DNA of 64,000 nt from the IMG/VR virus record IMGVR_UViG_3300045988_178965, positions 96,001 through 160,000 of that record; one strand, written 5' to 3'. The notes under the pieces were generated by a model. That model ran no database searches. It was not told the DNA's origin and worked only from the letters and a program-made list of their open reading frames with translations. Source of the stretch: a virus. Below are positions 36,345 to 45,475 of this stretch, piece after piece (position 1 is the stretch's first letter; every line of letters starts with the position of its first letter). Both the position numbers and the translations under genes were made by a program.

Positions 36345-38325
36345 TATCTAAACTTTCTATATATTTCAAGAAAACTGAATTTGGATCATTCCACATCGGA
36401 TACATCTGATCAAGGACTTTCTCAATTTCCATTTTTATCAGAGTCGCCCCAATCACAATTAATGGATGACTATTATCACCTAGATCGATAGAATCTCCAT
36501 TGTTAATTACCGAAAGTACAATATCTTTCATACGTTCTTTTAAAAGGGGCGATATAGTATATATAAAACTGCCCGGGCAAATTGATTCCGAACCAATTGT
36601 AGAGGAAAAATTGAATATAGTTTTACCTGGATTTTTACGCATTACAAATTTAGCAGCTGCGATAGCTTTTTCTTTCTCTTCATCAGTCATAACTTTAAAA
36701 AGTTTCACATAATGTATCTCATGCGGATCTGATGAGTAGAAAGTAAAAACATTTTTTAAATTGGAAACTTTAGCAGCAATAAAACCTTTAGGAGTTCCTC
36801 TACCAATATAGATATTTCTATCGGGAAAGATCTTTTTAAGAGCCTCCATCTTTCTTACATAATGGACACTCTTTGTATTTGGATCCCCAACAATAAAAAT
36901 ATCATTCTCACCGATTTCATCCAATTCATAAACAATCTTATTGGAATTGTTTGAAGAGTAGAAAACATCTGCTGAGAATTTGATAGGATCACCCTTTTTG
37001 ACAGGAATCGGTTCTCTATTCTTGCGGTTCAAATATTTTCGAATTTTAGGATCATCCGGAGTCAAGATATTACATTTCTTACCAATAGACTCCGCAAACT
37101 CCTTCAATTCTTTTTCAGGCATATCGATAAAGAATGTGACACCAGGAGGCATACAGCCTTTTGAAACTGTAATTGCACCATCATCAACCATACTTGTAGG
37201 GGCGAAATTTAAAGACTCCTCTTTAATTATCTCGATTAAATGCCCTACCATGTATTTCTTGGTATCATTCCATACTCTACTACAATATTTACCGCCATAT
37301 GTCTGATTCGAAAATGCCCACTTAACACCTTTAAGGAAACCAAAATTAAATTTATCAAATATGGTTTCAAAAATAGGTCTTGTATCTGACGTAAGCAATA
37401 ATTTGTATATCCAAGGGGTAGACAAAATTTCTTCTCTAGTCATTGCTTTGACTTTTGAATCAATTTCGTTTATTTTTTCCTTAAAGATACGAGAAAGTGT
37501 TTGTCTTAAAGCATCATCATATGTAACGGTCTCTCTGGACAAGGAGACTTTAACATCCTTAATTGGAACATCCATAATAAATATAGTATTGAACGCTATA
37601 TGTAAATGAGATATTACATAATTCGGTCCACCCACTGACATTCTAAATCTTGGAGAGCGATTAGTTTTAGATTTAATCAACCGTAAGCCGTCAACAACCT
37701 CAATAGCTTTAGCTGAAACATCTTCGCCATTTAAGTCCGTTAATTTTGGCAATGGCCAGAATCCGATTAATTCCTCATAACAAACAGGCTCTATTTTACC
37801 AACATCGTTCTGCTCAATAGGAATACGAATAGTAGTACCATTTGCGTCATCTGTATCTACATTTTCCAGCATAACCTGATAGCTAGGAATGTCGTTATTT
37901 TTAGAGGTCATAATGACATTCTTCTTGCTATCTTTTACAGATGTAGCGATGAAATAATCGGCATATGCTAACGGGCTTTTAGAGCCAATGCCAAAGCCGC
38001 CGATGCTATCATTACTGTCATTTTTAGTAGACTTAAAGAACGTAGTATAGATATTTACCATATCATCATATGTCATTCCGACGCCATGATCTTTAATTTC
38101 GATATAGTATTCTACACCGTCTTTATGAATAGAAATTTCAACTGGGCCATTGTATCCAGATTGACGATTAGCATCATGTGCATTTGCCACAATTTCACGA
38201 ATCATAGATCTAAATGGATTTGCATACAAATCACCAAATAGACTTCTAAAAGTTTTTGAGGTTACTTCAATATTATATTTATTCTCAGCTGTTGTTTCAG
38301 TCTTATTTTCAGTTTCAATAATCAT
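36316..38325 (-). CDS. GHKL-superfamily ATPase (Hsp90/MORC-like)
   Basis: Bergerat-fold motifs EIVANAHDAN (N-box), IKDHGVGM (G1) and GGFGIGSKS (G2). Confidence 0.7.
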   Translation of the reverse strand: MIIETENKTETTAENKYNIEVTSKTFRSLFGDLYANPFRSMIREIVANAHDANRQSGYNGPVEISIHKDGVEYYIEIKDHGVGMTYDDMVNIYTTFFKSTKNDSNDSIGGFGIGSKSPLAYADYFIATSVKDSKKNVIMTSKNNDIPSYQVMLENVDTDDANGTTIRIPIEQNDVGKIEPVCYEELIGFWPLPKLTDLNGEDVSAKAIEVVDGLRLIKSKTNRSPRFRMSVGGPNYVISHLHIAFNTIFIMDVPIKDVKVSLSRETVTYDDALRQTLSRIFKEKINEIDSKVKAMTREEILSTPWIYKLLLTSDTRPIFETIFDKFNFGFLKGVKWAFSNQTYGGKYCSRVWNDTKKYMVGHLIEIIKEESLNFAPTSMVDDGAITVSKGCMPPGVTFFIDMPEKELKEFAESIGKKCNILTPDDPKIRKYLNRKNREPIPVKKGDPIKFSADVFYSSNNSNKIVYELDEIGENDIFIVGDPNTKSVHYVRKMEALKKIFPDRNIYIGRGTPKGFIAAKVSNLKNVFTFYSSDPHEIHYVKLFKVMTDEEKEKAIAAAKFVMRKNPGKTIFNFSSTIGSESICPGSFIYTISPLLKERMKDIVLSVINNGDSIDLGDNSHPLIVIGATLIKMEIEKVLDQMYPMWNDPNSVFLKYIESLDNELQRNSQS

Positions 38326-38371
38326 AATTTCACTCCATTAAAAAATAAATATAGTATTAAAATAAGATTAA

Positions 38372-38396
38372 GCGGACAGGAATATATCCTGCCCGC
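38372..38396 (-). terminator. intrinsic terminator-like hairpin
   Basis: GCGGGCAGGA/TCCTGTCCGC stem between the RNAP-like gene and the GHKL gene. Confidence 0.5.
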
Positions 38397-38409
38397 CGAT
38401 TAACGCATC

Positions 38410-41400
38410 TTACAGAAAATCGATATCAATTTCCTTAGCTTCTGTCACATTGTTTTCAGAGCTCGAATCAACTTCTTCGATGCTAAGTTGACCAATACAT
38501 TGATTGTATACATCAAAAGCAGGCTTAATCATTTTGCCTACGAATGTTTTGTCTACAATCAAATTGAACCACTTAGACACTTCAGGGTCTTTCAAGTCAA
38601 TAGGCTCGCCATTGTTATCAACGGTTTGACCCTTATTATGCATACGCAGGAAATCACCAGTAAGCTTAATAAGGTTATGCTGATCGGCCCAAATAGCAAT
38701 ATTAATAATGGTCATAGCTGTTTCACGACTATATCCCATTTCATTCACAATTGCCTCTACTACTTCTTTATGAACCGTTTGGTCAGAGCCTAATGTGCCC
38801 AACATGAATTTCTGATGTTGAGTTGCACCACCTTTAATATGCTTAATTGCATTGATAACGTAACGCTCATTGGTTTCAGTGTAGACATGGTCACACTCTT
38901 GAGCAAGTTTATCATTAAGTGGGATTTTTACAAACTCTTTGCCAGTTTTGCCGGAAATGGCACGATAAGCCAAATCGGAATCTTCATTCAGCAATGCCAA
39001 ATAAAGCTCAATAAGCATACCGAACTGCCAAGAGTTATTAGTGCCGGGACCCACAGCTTTCTTCGCATTGGCAGAGTTTGTAATTAAATCAATATAGCTT
39101 TCATCACCAGGACGTTTACAATAGGTCGGAGTATAATGCAACTTATACTTTTTGGTCCAATCCAATTTCTTAATGCTGTCATATTCTGATTGCAAGAAAT
39201 CTTCGTCCCATTGATACATCTTATCGGTAATGTTGCTAAGAGTGAACTCTTTCATCATTTGCTGAGCTTCTTCTGGCAATACAGTAATCTGTAGTAAGTC
39301 ACCGTCAATATCAGAGTGGCTACCTTTGATTACATCTTTGCCAATCAATGCACAATGCAAATTGGATTTGACATCCAGATAATCTTCTAATGCAAAGCCA
39401 TATTCCTGTTTGAGATAAGTGTCAAACTTGTTTACGTCCCACAATTCTTTAATCAGCAACTGTGTTTTCCACAAAAACGGTGAACGCAATGTGAAAGCAT
39501 AGAGCTTCTTAAAGGCCTGAACAATGCCTTGTTCAACCGGCAAATTCTTGGTTGGATAGACATATTCATGCAAATCGGTATAAATACGATTATTCAATAC
39601 AACGACAACGCCATCAGGGACGTATACATCGTGCATCTGTTTCATATTTACGCCGCGCAATCGTGGTGTAATCATGGTTTGAATTAATGTCTGTCCTGAA
39701 ATCTCTGAAGAATACAGCATAGACTTCAAAGATGCCATGTAATTGCCATAAGCGCTTACACGATTTTGGTTGCTCTCATTACGACTCGGAATAATCCGGT
39801 AGTAATAAGGTTTACCAAGCAAAGCATTCTGAATAATCTTACAAACTTCAATCAGAATACCAGGATAAACATACTCGCCATTCGTTTGCTTACTACAGAA
39901 CATACCCAAAGTTTTAGCATCTGGAATACGGACTAACGTATTTTGACGCTGTTCGCTTAAATTAATATAGAAGCCTTTATTAAAGTCTTCATCAAGAAGC
40001 TTAGAATACAATGGGAAGATAGAGCTATGTTCCAGAATCAAATCTTTTTCAGAGAAATGATTCTTTAAACTGCTTAATGTATAAACAGGTTTATGCTCAG
40101 CAGACACAAAACGGCGCGTCTTATCATTCAAACATTTCATCAACTCAATTACAGCTGACTTTTCATCCGGATCAATACAATTGTCCAGAATATATTGTGC
40201 CAAACCGGAATCTTTTGTTTGAGAAATATAACGTAAAGCATTAAAGCTCATCTTTTGGTTTCGAACAACCGTAAAATGGCTACCAATTTCAGTATAGTTA
40301 ATCTGAATCACACCATACAGACGAGTCTTAAACTCAACTTCCTTACCTTCACGAATCATCTTAAAGGTTACTTCCGGAATGGATTTAGCAGCAGCGTTAA
40401 TTTCTTCCTCATCCATAGATGATAAAAGCTTATCGCCAGAGGCTGGAGTATAATAGCCATATTTCAATGCAAAAGCTGCTTGCATTAAACGTACAGTATT
40501 CTCTTTAGCCTTGATACTATTGACACCTGTAAAGATGTCAACTTCCATTTCGAAATCATCGGAATAGATATGACCACAAGTCATCATGGTTTTGGTTACA
40601 CCTTTCAGACCTGTATGAGAAGTGATTCGAGAATTGCCTACTTTGTAATAGGCTACGAAATCAATTCGAGCAGAGTTGTTGTAACCATTCTGAGAAACTT
40701 TAGTTACCTCAATTTTGACAACATTATCTACTGCAATCGGACGACGATCAAATACGCCCAATGTTACAGAGCCATTTCGCGCTGTATATGTTTCGCCTTC
40801 TTTAACGAGAATTTCATCGAATTCCGTTTCTTTATGGCGATTCATAAATACAATTTGGTTACCAATACGGCGATTGACCTCTAAGTCACCGCCAACTTGA
40901 TGGTAACTCTCAAAGTCAATATCCTGATAGACAACGATTGCATCTAAGCCACCATTATCCAAAGGAATATGATCACCGTTTTCGTCGAAAGCAAATGAAC
41001 CATCAGGGTTAATGGCTGCGTCCTCAATAAACAAAGGTTTATCGGGTTGCAACACACCAAAATGGTTGCCATTTACGTGAGTTTTCAAACGAGCAGGCAA
41101 CGCTGAGGCTCTAGGAAAGATAGACGAGAATCCAACAATACGATCTTCATTATCATATTCAAAGCCAAATCCAGCGCAAGAAATTTCTGCTTCACCATTA
41201 GAGACAACAATTTTGTTGCTTTCAGAAAGCATAGTTTCTGAACCTGGCATCAGGTTAAAGCAGTTAGCCATAGCTGTAATGGCTTCCTTGTCGGGGCTTG
41301 TAATTACACGTTGATGAACCAAATCACCAATAGGCAAATCACGATTCTTATAAACCAAAGATGTTCCAGTATTAGTGCTGTAAGGCGCCCACAAAACAAG

Positions 41401-41850
41401 AAGATTTGATGATTTCAGATTCGCATTGAAAGCATTCGGGCTTACATATTCAACGAAGTTCGTAATCAGCTTAATGTCACGACGAATATAAGTCGTAAAG
41501 ATTTCGTTGTTCTTCAGAGCATCTTCAAATCGTTCAGCCAGGAAGAAGTACAACATTTCAAAGTGATTGATCACTTCAATTGGTGCCCGTTTATTAATAT
41601 GGCGCGAGCAAAATGCAAAATGAGGCCAATGATTCTTTGGATTGAAGAATGATTCAGGAATAACAAATTCTGTTTCAACCGTTTTATCATTAATCACATT
41701 GATGACTTTAAAGCCGAATGTATCAGACTTAAGTTCAAACTCAATTCGACCCTCAGCAGTCAAATGTTCACGGAAAATCGAAAACACTTCTGCTGGTGTA
41801 GAGTTTTTGTTGATTACAGGAATTTGTCCATTTGAAATTCTTAAATGCAT
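38410..41850 (-). CDS. single-chain two-barrel RNA polymerase-like protein 1 (YonO/QDE-1/crAss-vRNAP class)
   Basis: Beta-like SHTGLKGVTK (nt 40591-40620), LRSPFLW, then DIDGD (nt 39298-39312). Confidence 0.65.
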   Translation of the reverse strand: MHLRISNGQIPVINKNSTPAEVFSIFREHLTAEGRIEFELKSDTFGFKVINVINDKTVETEFVIPESFFNPKNHWPHFAFCSRHINKRAPIEVINHFEMLYFFLAERFEDALKNNEIFTTYIRRDIKLITNFVEYVSPNAFNANLKSSNLLVLWAPYSTNTGTSLVYKNRDLPIGDLVHQRVITSPDKEAITAMANCFNLMPGSETMLSESNKIVVSNGEAEISCAGFGFEYDNEDRIVGFSSIFPRASALPARLKTHVNGNHFGVLQPDKPLFIEDAAINPDGSFAFDENGDHIPLDNGGLDAIVVYQDIDFESYHQVGGDLEVNRRIGNQIVFMNRHKETEFDEILVKEGETYTARNGSVTLGVFDRRPIAVDNVVKIEVTKVSQNGYNNSARIDFVAYYKVGNSRITSHTGLKGVTKTMMTCGHIYSDDFEMEVDIFTGVNSIKAKENTVRLMQAAFALKYGYYTPASGDKLLSSMDEEEINAAAKSIPEVTFKMIREGKEVEFKTRLYGVIQINYTEIGSHFTVVRNQKMSFNALRYISQTKDSGLAQYILDNCIDPDEKSAVIELMKCLNDKTRRFVSAEHKPVYTLSSLKNHFSEKDLILEHSSIFPLYSKLLDEDFNKGFYINLSEQRQNTLVRIPDAKTLGMFCSKQTNGEYVYPGILIEVCKIIQNALLGKPYYYRIIPSRNESNQNRVSAYGNYMASLKSMLYSSEISGQTLIQTMITPRLRGVNMKQMHDVYVPDGVVVVLNNRIYTDLHEYVYPTKNLPVEQGIVQAFKKLYAFTLRSPFLWKTQLLIKELWDVNKFDTYLKQEYGFALEDYLDVKSNLHCALIGKDVIKGSHSDIDGDLLQITVLPEEAQQMMKEFTLSNITDKMYQWDEDFLQSEYDSIKKLDWTKKYKLHYTPTYCKRPGDESYIDLITNSANAKKAVGPGTNNSWQFGMLIELYLALLNEDSDLAYRAISGKTGKEFVKIPLNDKLAQECDHVYTETNERYVINAIKHIKGGATQHQKFMLGTLGSDQTVHKEVVEAIVNEMGYSRETAMTIINIAIWADQHNLIKLTGDFLRMHNKGQTVDNNGEPIDLKDPEVSKWFNLIVDKTFVGKMIKPAFDVYNQCIGQLSIEEVDSSSENNVTEAKEIDIDFL

Positions 41851-41886
41851 CTTTATACCTTTCTAGGGTTAATTACTTACATCCAT

Positions 41887-41917
41887 GAAAAGACCGACAC
41901 TCAATCGAGTGCCGGTC
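41887..41917 (-). promoter_or_regulatory. GTGTCGG-type intergenic hairpin + U-tract
   Basis: Minus sense reads GACCGGCACTC-loop-GAGTGTCGGTC followed by TTTTC. It lies 43 nt upstream of the ATG at 41850. Confidence 0.6.
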
Positions 41918-41920
41918 AGC

Positions 41921-42040
41921 TTATTTTTCCTTCATTTTATCGATCCGATTTTGAATGGATTTCATTACCCATTTCAAACGGCCCGTAAGAAACTTTATCT
42001 TTGCGTAGCTATAGCTTCTTCTTCCTCTATTTGAACGCAT
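41921..42040 (-). CDS. small basic protein (39 aa)
   Basis: MRSNRGRRSYSYAKIKF...; the start lies 1 nt after the bfd-like stop. Below the ORF-track cutoff. Confidence 0.25.
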   Translation of the reverse strand: MRSNRGRRSYSYAKIKFLTGRLKWVMKSIQNRIDKMKEK

Positions 42041-42041
42041 T

Positions 42042-42221
42042 TTATTTCCCTTCCTTTGCTGCTTCTTTGTGCTTTGAAATCAATGAGCAAACCATTTCGT
42101 GACAACAGCCACAACAAGTAGTCGCGCCGGTCTCTTTTTGTATTGTTTCAAGTTCTGCACCATTAACAGCCATAGCGGTAATAGTTTTATCATTAATATT
42201 ATTGCAAATACAAATAACCAT
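42042..42221 (-). CDS. bfd: BFD-like [2Fe-2S]-binding domain protein (bacterioferritin-associated ferredoxin-like), 59 aa
   Basis: My own translation is MVICICNNINDKTITAMAVNGAELETIQKETGATTCCGCCHEMVCSLI... It matches the Bfd pattern C-x-C-N-x-[IV]-x-D-x-x-I ... C-G-x-C. Confidence 0.7.
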   Translation of the reverse strand: MVICICNNINDKTITAMAVNGAELETIQKETGATTCCGCCHEMVCSLISKHKEAAKEGK

Positions 42222-42250
42222 AAATAACCTTTCCTTAATTAATTATTAAC

Positions 42251-42286
42251 AAAAGAATTGGCCCCGACACCTTTCGATGCGGGGCC
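42251..42286 (-). promoter_or_regulatory. GTGTCGG-type hairpin + U-tract
   Basis: GGCCCCGCA-loop-TGTCGGGGCC followed by AATTCTTTTG. It lies 42 nt upstream of the bfd-like ATG. Confidence 0.55.
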
Positions 42287-42340
42287 TTTTCTATCACTAA
42301 TAAAGGAGTATTAGGGTGCCGTCTTTCCGTCGTCCCTGCG

Positions 42341-42369
42341 ATTGCAAACCGTCGCCTACAAGCTGTCAA
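42341..42369 (-). promoter_or_regulatory. sigma70-like promoter (TTGACA-17-TGCAAT) facing the bfd-like gene
   Basis: Read on the minus strand, TTGACA (42369-42364), a 17-nt spacer, then TGCAAT (42346-42341). Confidence 0.35.
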
Positions 42370-42718
42370 GAAAGGTATTATAGCAGGATTTTTCGGAGTC
42401 ATGGATGATCCTGAACCATGTGCATAAAACTTTATACACTTAATAATGGGGGGCCCCGATCCAAATACCTTATTGCCGAAAGGAGGTCAATAAGAAATAT
42501 GGTATTCGGTCTGCGGGGCGGGGAAAGGCTACAGGCGATACTGATATATCCGACAGTATATAAAAATAGTCTGATTTATCGCCTGCCACTTTGGGCATAT
42601 CGAGTAGTCAACACGAACAGAGCCACTGTTATTTAACGACTTACGATTAATGCGCCAAGTATTGTTCCTCCGGTCACTCCGACCAGAACACACTTGCCAC
42701 ACAAACTTGTTTTATTAA
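42370..42718 (-). ncRNA. structured ORF-free region (3'UTR or ncRNA)
   Basis: GC-richer than its surroundings. Long nested helices (CAGGCGATA/TATCGCCTG, CCGAATACC/GGTATTTGG, TTATTG/CAATAA) and an apical loop ACCUCCUUUCGG. Confidence 0.3.
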
Positions 42719-43102
42719 TCAGAAGGCATTTTCGCCATTCAAGAATACGCCGGTAATTTTAAATTCGCGTTTGCCAAATTCTTCGTCTTCGATTTCGATT
42801 GTGCCAACATCATAAATTGTATCAGATTCAGCAAGGCGGCGAATATGCGAAGGAAGTTCAGCAATACGTTTACCTTCTTTTGTCAGAAGAATATTACAAC
42901 CCAAATCTTTCAAGTCTTCGTCATCCATATTGGCAATAGACTTGATATCTTCGGAGGTTAAGACCATGCGGTCAACTTGGGCACATTCCAATTCTGCAAA
43001 TTCACGGAATTCTTTATCAGTTGGGGCTGAAAATGTCAGTTCCTGTGCAATGGCCAAACCAAGTTTAGCATATGCTTTATACAATACATTAGGTGATTTC
43101 AT
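42719..43102 (-). CDS. hypothetical protein
   Basis: 127-aa acidic ORF. Confidence 0.5.
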   Translation of the reverse strand: MKSPNVLYKAYAKLGLAIAQELTFSAPTDKEFREFAELECAQVDRMVLTSEDIKSIANMDDEDLKDLGCNILLTKEGKRIAELPSHIRRLAESDTIYDVGTIEIEDEEFGKREFKITGVFLNGENAF

Positions 43103-43119
43103 TGTTTAACCTTTAAAAT

Positions 43120-43584
43120 TTATTTTGATTTAGATTTCAGTTTATAAAACACATGCTTACCAATACGGTGCGGTTTAACAGCTCGTGGCGCTGGTCGTTT
43201 TCCATTAGAGGAAAAGAAAATAGCTCCCCGGGTATTGTCAGCATGATGTTTCGCCTTATGAGCTAAATAAACTTCTTGTGCAATTTTTTCAGTCTCTTTA
43301 TCGTAGCCGGTTTTGGAACGTAGCTTTTTATTACGATACCATTGAAACTGTCCACGTTGGGCAATAACACCATTTACCGTATTCGGAAATTCTTTGTGTT
43401 TTACACGATTCATGATTACGTGAGCAACTGCTTTCTTTCCTGCTATGGATTCGCCGCGAGCTTCGTTATGAATAGCAGTCGCTAAAGCTTTTACTTCGGA
43501 AGAAGCTGACTTCTGTTTATTCTCGGCTTTTACATTAAAACTTGCAGCCAGTAAAATAGCTACAATAAGAAATCGTTTATTCAT
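43120..43584 (-). CDS. secreted cell-wall hydrolase (SleB/CwlJ Hydrolase_2 family)
   Basis: Signal peptide MNKRFLIVAILLAASFNVKA, then LATAIHNEARGES..GKKAVAHVIMNRV.....FPNTV.GVI.QRGQF. Confidence 0.7.
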   Translation of the reverse strand: MNKRFLIVAILLAASFNVKAENKQKSASSEVKALATAIHNEARGESIAGKKAVAHVIMNRVKHKEFPNTVNGVIAQRGQFQWYRNKKLRSKTGYDKETEKIAQEVYLAHKAKHHADNTRGAIFFSSNGKRPAPRAVKPHRIGKHVFYKLKSKSK

Positions 43585-43765
43585 CTTTGGGCTCTCCATA
43601 TACAACAATATAGCTCCCACCTGAATGCTGCTCAAGAGCTACAGTCACATTGTTAAACTCATTCTTGATGTTATTTATAACAGTGATAAGTTCATCTGCA
43701 CTGTAATAAACATCTTCGGAAAGAAACTGTTCAAGGAGACCAATTTCTTTTGATTTATTAGGCAT
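43577..43765 (-). CDS. hypothetical small protein
   Basis: 62-aa ORF. Confidence 0.4.
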   Translation of the reverse strand: MPNKSKEIGLLEQFLSEDVYYSADELITVINNIKNEFNNVTVALEQHSGGSYIVVYGEPKDE

Positions 43766-43906
43766 AATAAGCCGCCTCTTATTGTTTGTAGATTTAAATC
43801 CCTACAAGATTATTTTAATTTTCTATTTAACGGAAGGCAAAAAGTGCTAATAATTTCCGTACTGATAATACAATTAAAAATAGCATAATTGCCTCCGTTA
43901 TATTAG

Positions 43907-44305
43907 TTACGAACCTTCTGCAATATCAATAATTGCAGATATTTCTTTCATGATGCGGACATAATACTTAAGCCGTCCAAGAAAGCGTTTTGTAGCTTCA
44001 CAATCAGGATAGATATTAGTAATAATATCGCTAACACTGTACAAACGAATATGATGTTCATATGCTTGATAATAATAATCAAGCAAAATCTTTTCATTGA
44101 TTCTCGTGTTTTCTTCAATATCACCTTTATGGCCGCAGATAATGCTAGGACGAATCAAGTCTTTAACCTTGATATCTTCCTTAATGCCAACTGCGCGTCT
44201 ATTTAACATTCTGATTTTATTGAATTTCATATCTCTGAGAAGCTCTTCAAATGAATGAATATGCTTAAAGAACTTCTCATTGAATGCACGATTTACAGAC
44301 TTCAT
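43907..44305 (-). CDS. hypothetical protein
   Basis: 132-aa ORF. Confidence 0.45.
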   Translation of the reverse strand: MKSVNRAFNEKFFKHIHSFEELLRDMKFNKIRMLNRRAVGIKEDIKVKDLIRPSIICGHKGDIEENTRINEKILLDYYYQAYEHHIRLYSVSDIITNIYPDCEATKRFLGRLKYYVRIMKEISAIIDIAEGS

Positions 44306-44652
44306 TACTCTGATGCCTTTAAATCAGGCAATTGTTCCAAAGCTGTAACCGCTTTTACAGCTTTCGCTTCTTTTGGTTTGGAAGCTTCAATTGCCTTATT
44401 CATGTGCTGAAACTGCATATCTTCATAGGCAGATTTTGTAATTGCACGGCACAAAACCTTTGGCTCTTTGCCAGGAACGAGGTCGTTTACACATTCTTCA
44501 TAAACGGCGCCACCTTTAGAATAGCTGAGCTGAATCCAATGGTCCGTATTCAAATAGATGCGTGATGGATCATCGATTTTGTTGCAGGCCGAGAGGCTAG
44601 AAATAGCAATAGCGGCTGCCAATACAGCGGATACTTTTTTATTTACTTGCAT
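44305..44652 (-). CDS. lipoprotein
   Basis: Signal peptide with lipobox (AISSLSAC). Confidence 0.6.
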   Translation of the reverse strand: MQVNKKVSAVLAAAIAISSLSACNKIDDPSRIYLNTDHWIQLSYSKGGAVYEECVNDLVPGKEPKVLCRAITKSAYEDMQFQHMNKAIEASKPKEAKAVKAVTALEQLPDLKASE

Positions 44653-44664
44653 AATTTACTCCAT

Positions 44665-45180
44665 TTAAAGTTGATTACGGTAATATTCTCTGACTTCCAT
44701 CAGAGCCTTACCAAGAAGATTGCGGCCACGCCAATTTCGACGGTCAAGGATTTCATTACTCATCCAATCCAATTTGACGCCCCAAATTGCATCATACGGC
44801 GAACCTTCAACCAATTCGAGGTTATTGGTCCGTAAAAGGATTTCTTTCAGTGTAGGATTTTGGAATTTGATTTTCAGAATATCAACCATAACTCCATAAC
44901 GCTTTTCGTCCCATACCTTAGGATCGAAATTTTGTACCGCCCGGCCTACCCTTTTGACTTCTGACGCTGATCTAGCCTGAACAATGAGTCTAATTTTGCT
45001 CTCATCGCCAAATGTAATAGCTTTCTCAATCATAAACGCCTGCTCAGCAGTCTTTACATTGTAGCCTTTATACACAAGTGGGCTAAAGTAAAAATTACTA
45101 AACGGTGCACCGCCGGTAAAGAACGTTACCATTTTATCAGTATAACGCATATTGTTTTTAAGTTGCACAATTTGCTCCAA
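44665..45180 (-). CDS. NADAR (YbiA/DUF1768) family protein
   Basis: FF.GG.PFSNFY......Y...EQAFM..KA......VKR.GR......W......VM...L..KF.QN..L...LL.T....LVEGSP.D..WG. Confidence 0.75.
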   Translation of the reverse strand: MEQIVQLKNNMRYTDKMVTFFTGGAPFSNFYFSPLVYKGYNVKTAEQAFMIEKAITFGDESKIRLIVQARSASEVKRVGRAVQNFDPKVWDEKRYGVMVDILKIKFQNPTLKEILLRTNNLELVEGSPYDAIWGVKLDWMSNEILDRRNWRGRNLLGKALMEVREYYRNQL

Positions 45181-45203
45181 TGTTTATTAATGAACGGCAA
45201 AGA

Positions 45204-45425
45204 CTATTGTTTCTTGTGCTTTCCTGTGATTAATAATCCTACTGCAGCAATACTGAAGATAGGGAACAATACTGGCCACATTAAACATCCTAGGAAAGCA
45301 AACAGTATAACCATAAACTTTTCAAAGGGTTCACTTCCAGATAAATCAATGTCTTTGACTCGTATCACAAAACATAGAGCCAAAAAGATTACGCAGCCAA
45401 TTAAAATGATAAACAATGGGTCCAT
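45204..45425 (-). CDS. small 2-TM membrane protein (paralog of 8258..8479)
   Basis: 73 aa with shared layout and motifs. Confidence 0.55.
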   Translation of the reverse strand: MDPLFIILIGCVIFLALCFVIRVKDIDLSGSEPFEKFMVILFAFLGCLMWPVLFPIFSIAAVGLLITGKHKKQ

Positions 45426-45475
45426 TTTGATCTCCTAAAAATTTAATATTCATTTTACCGACAATTTGCCGACAC

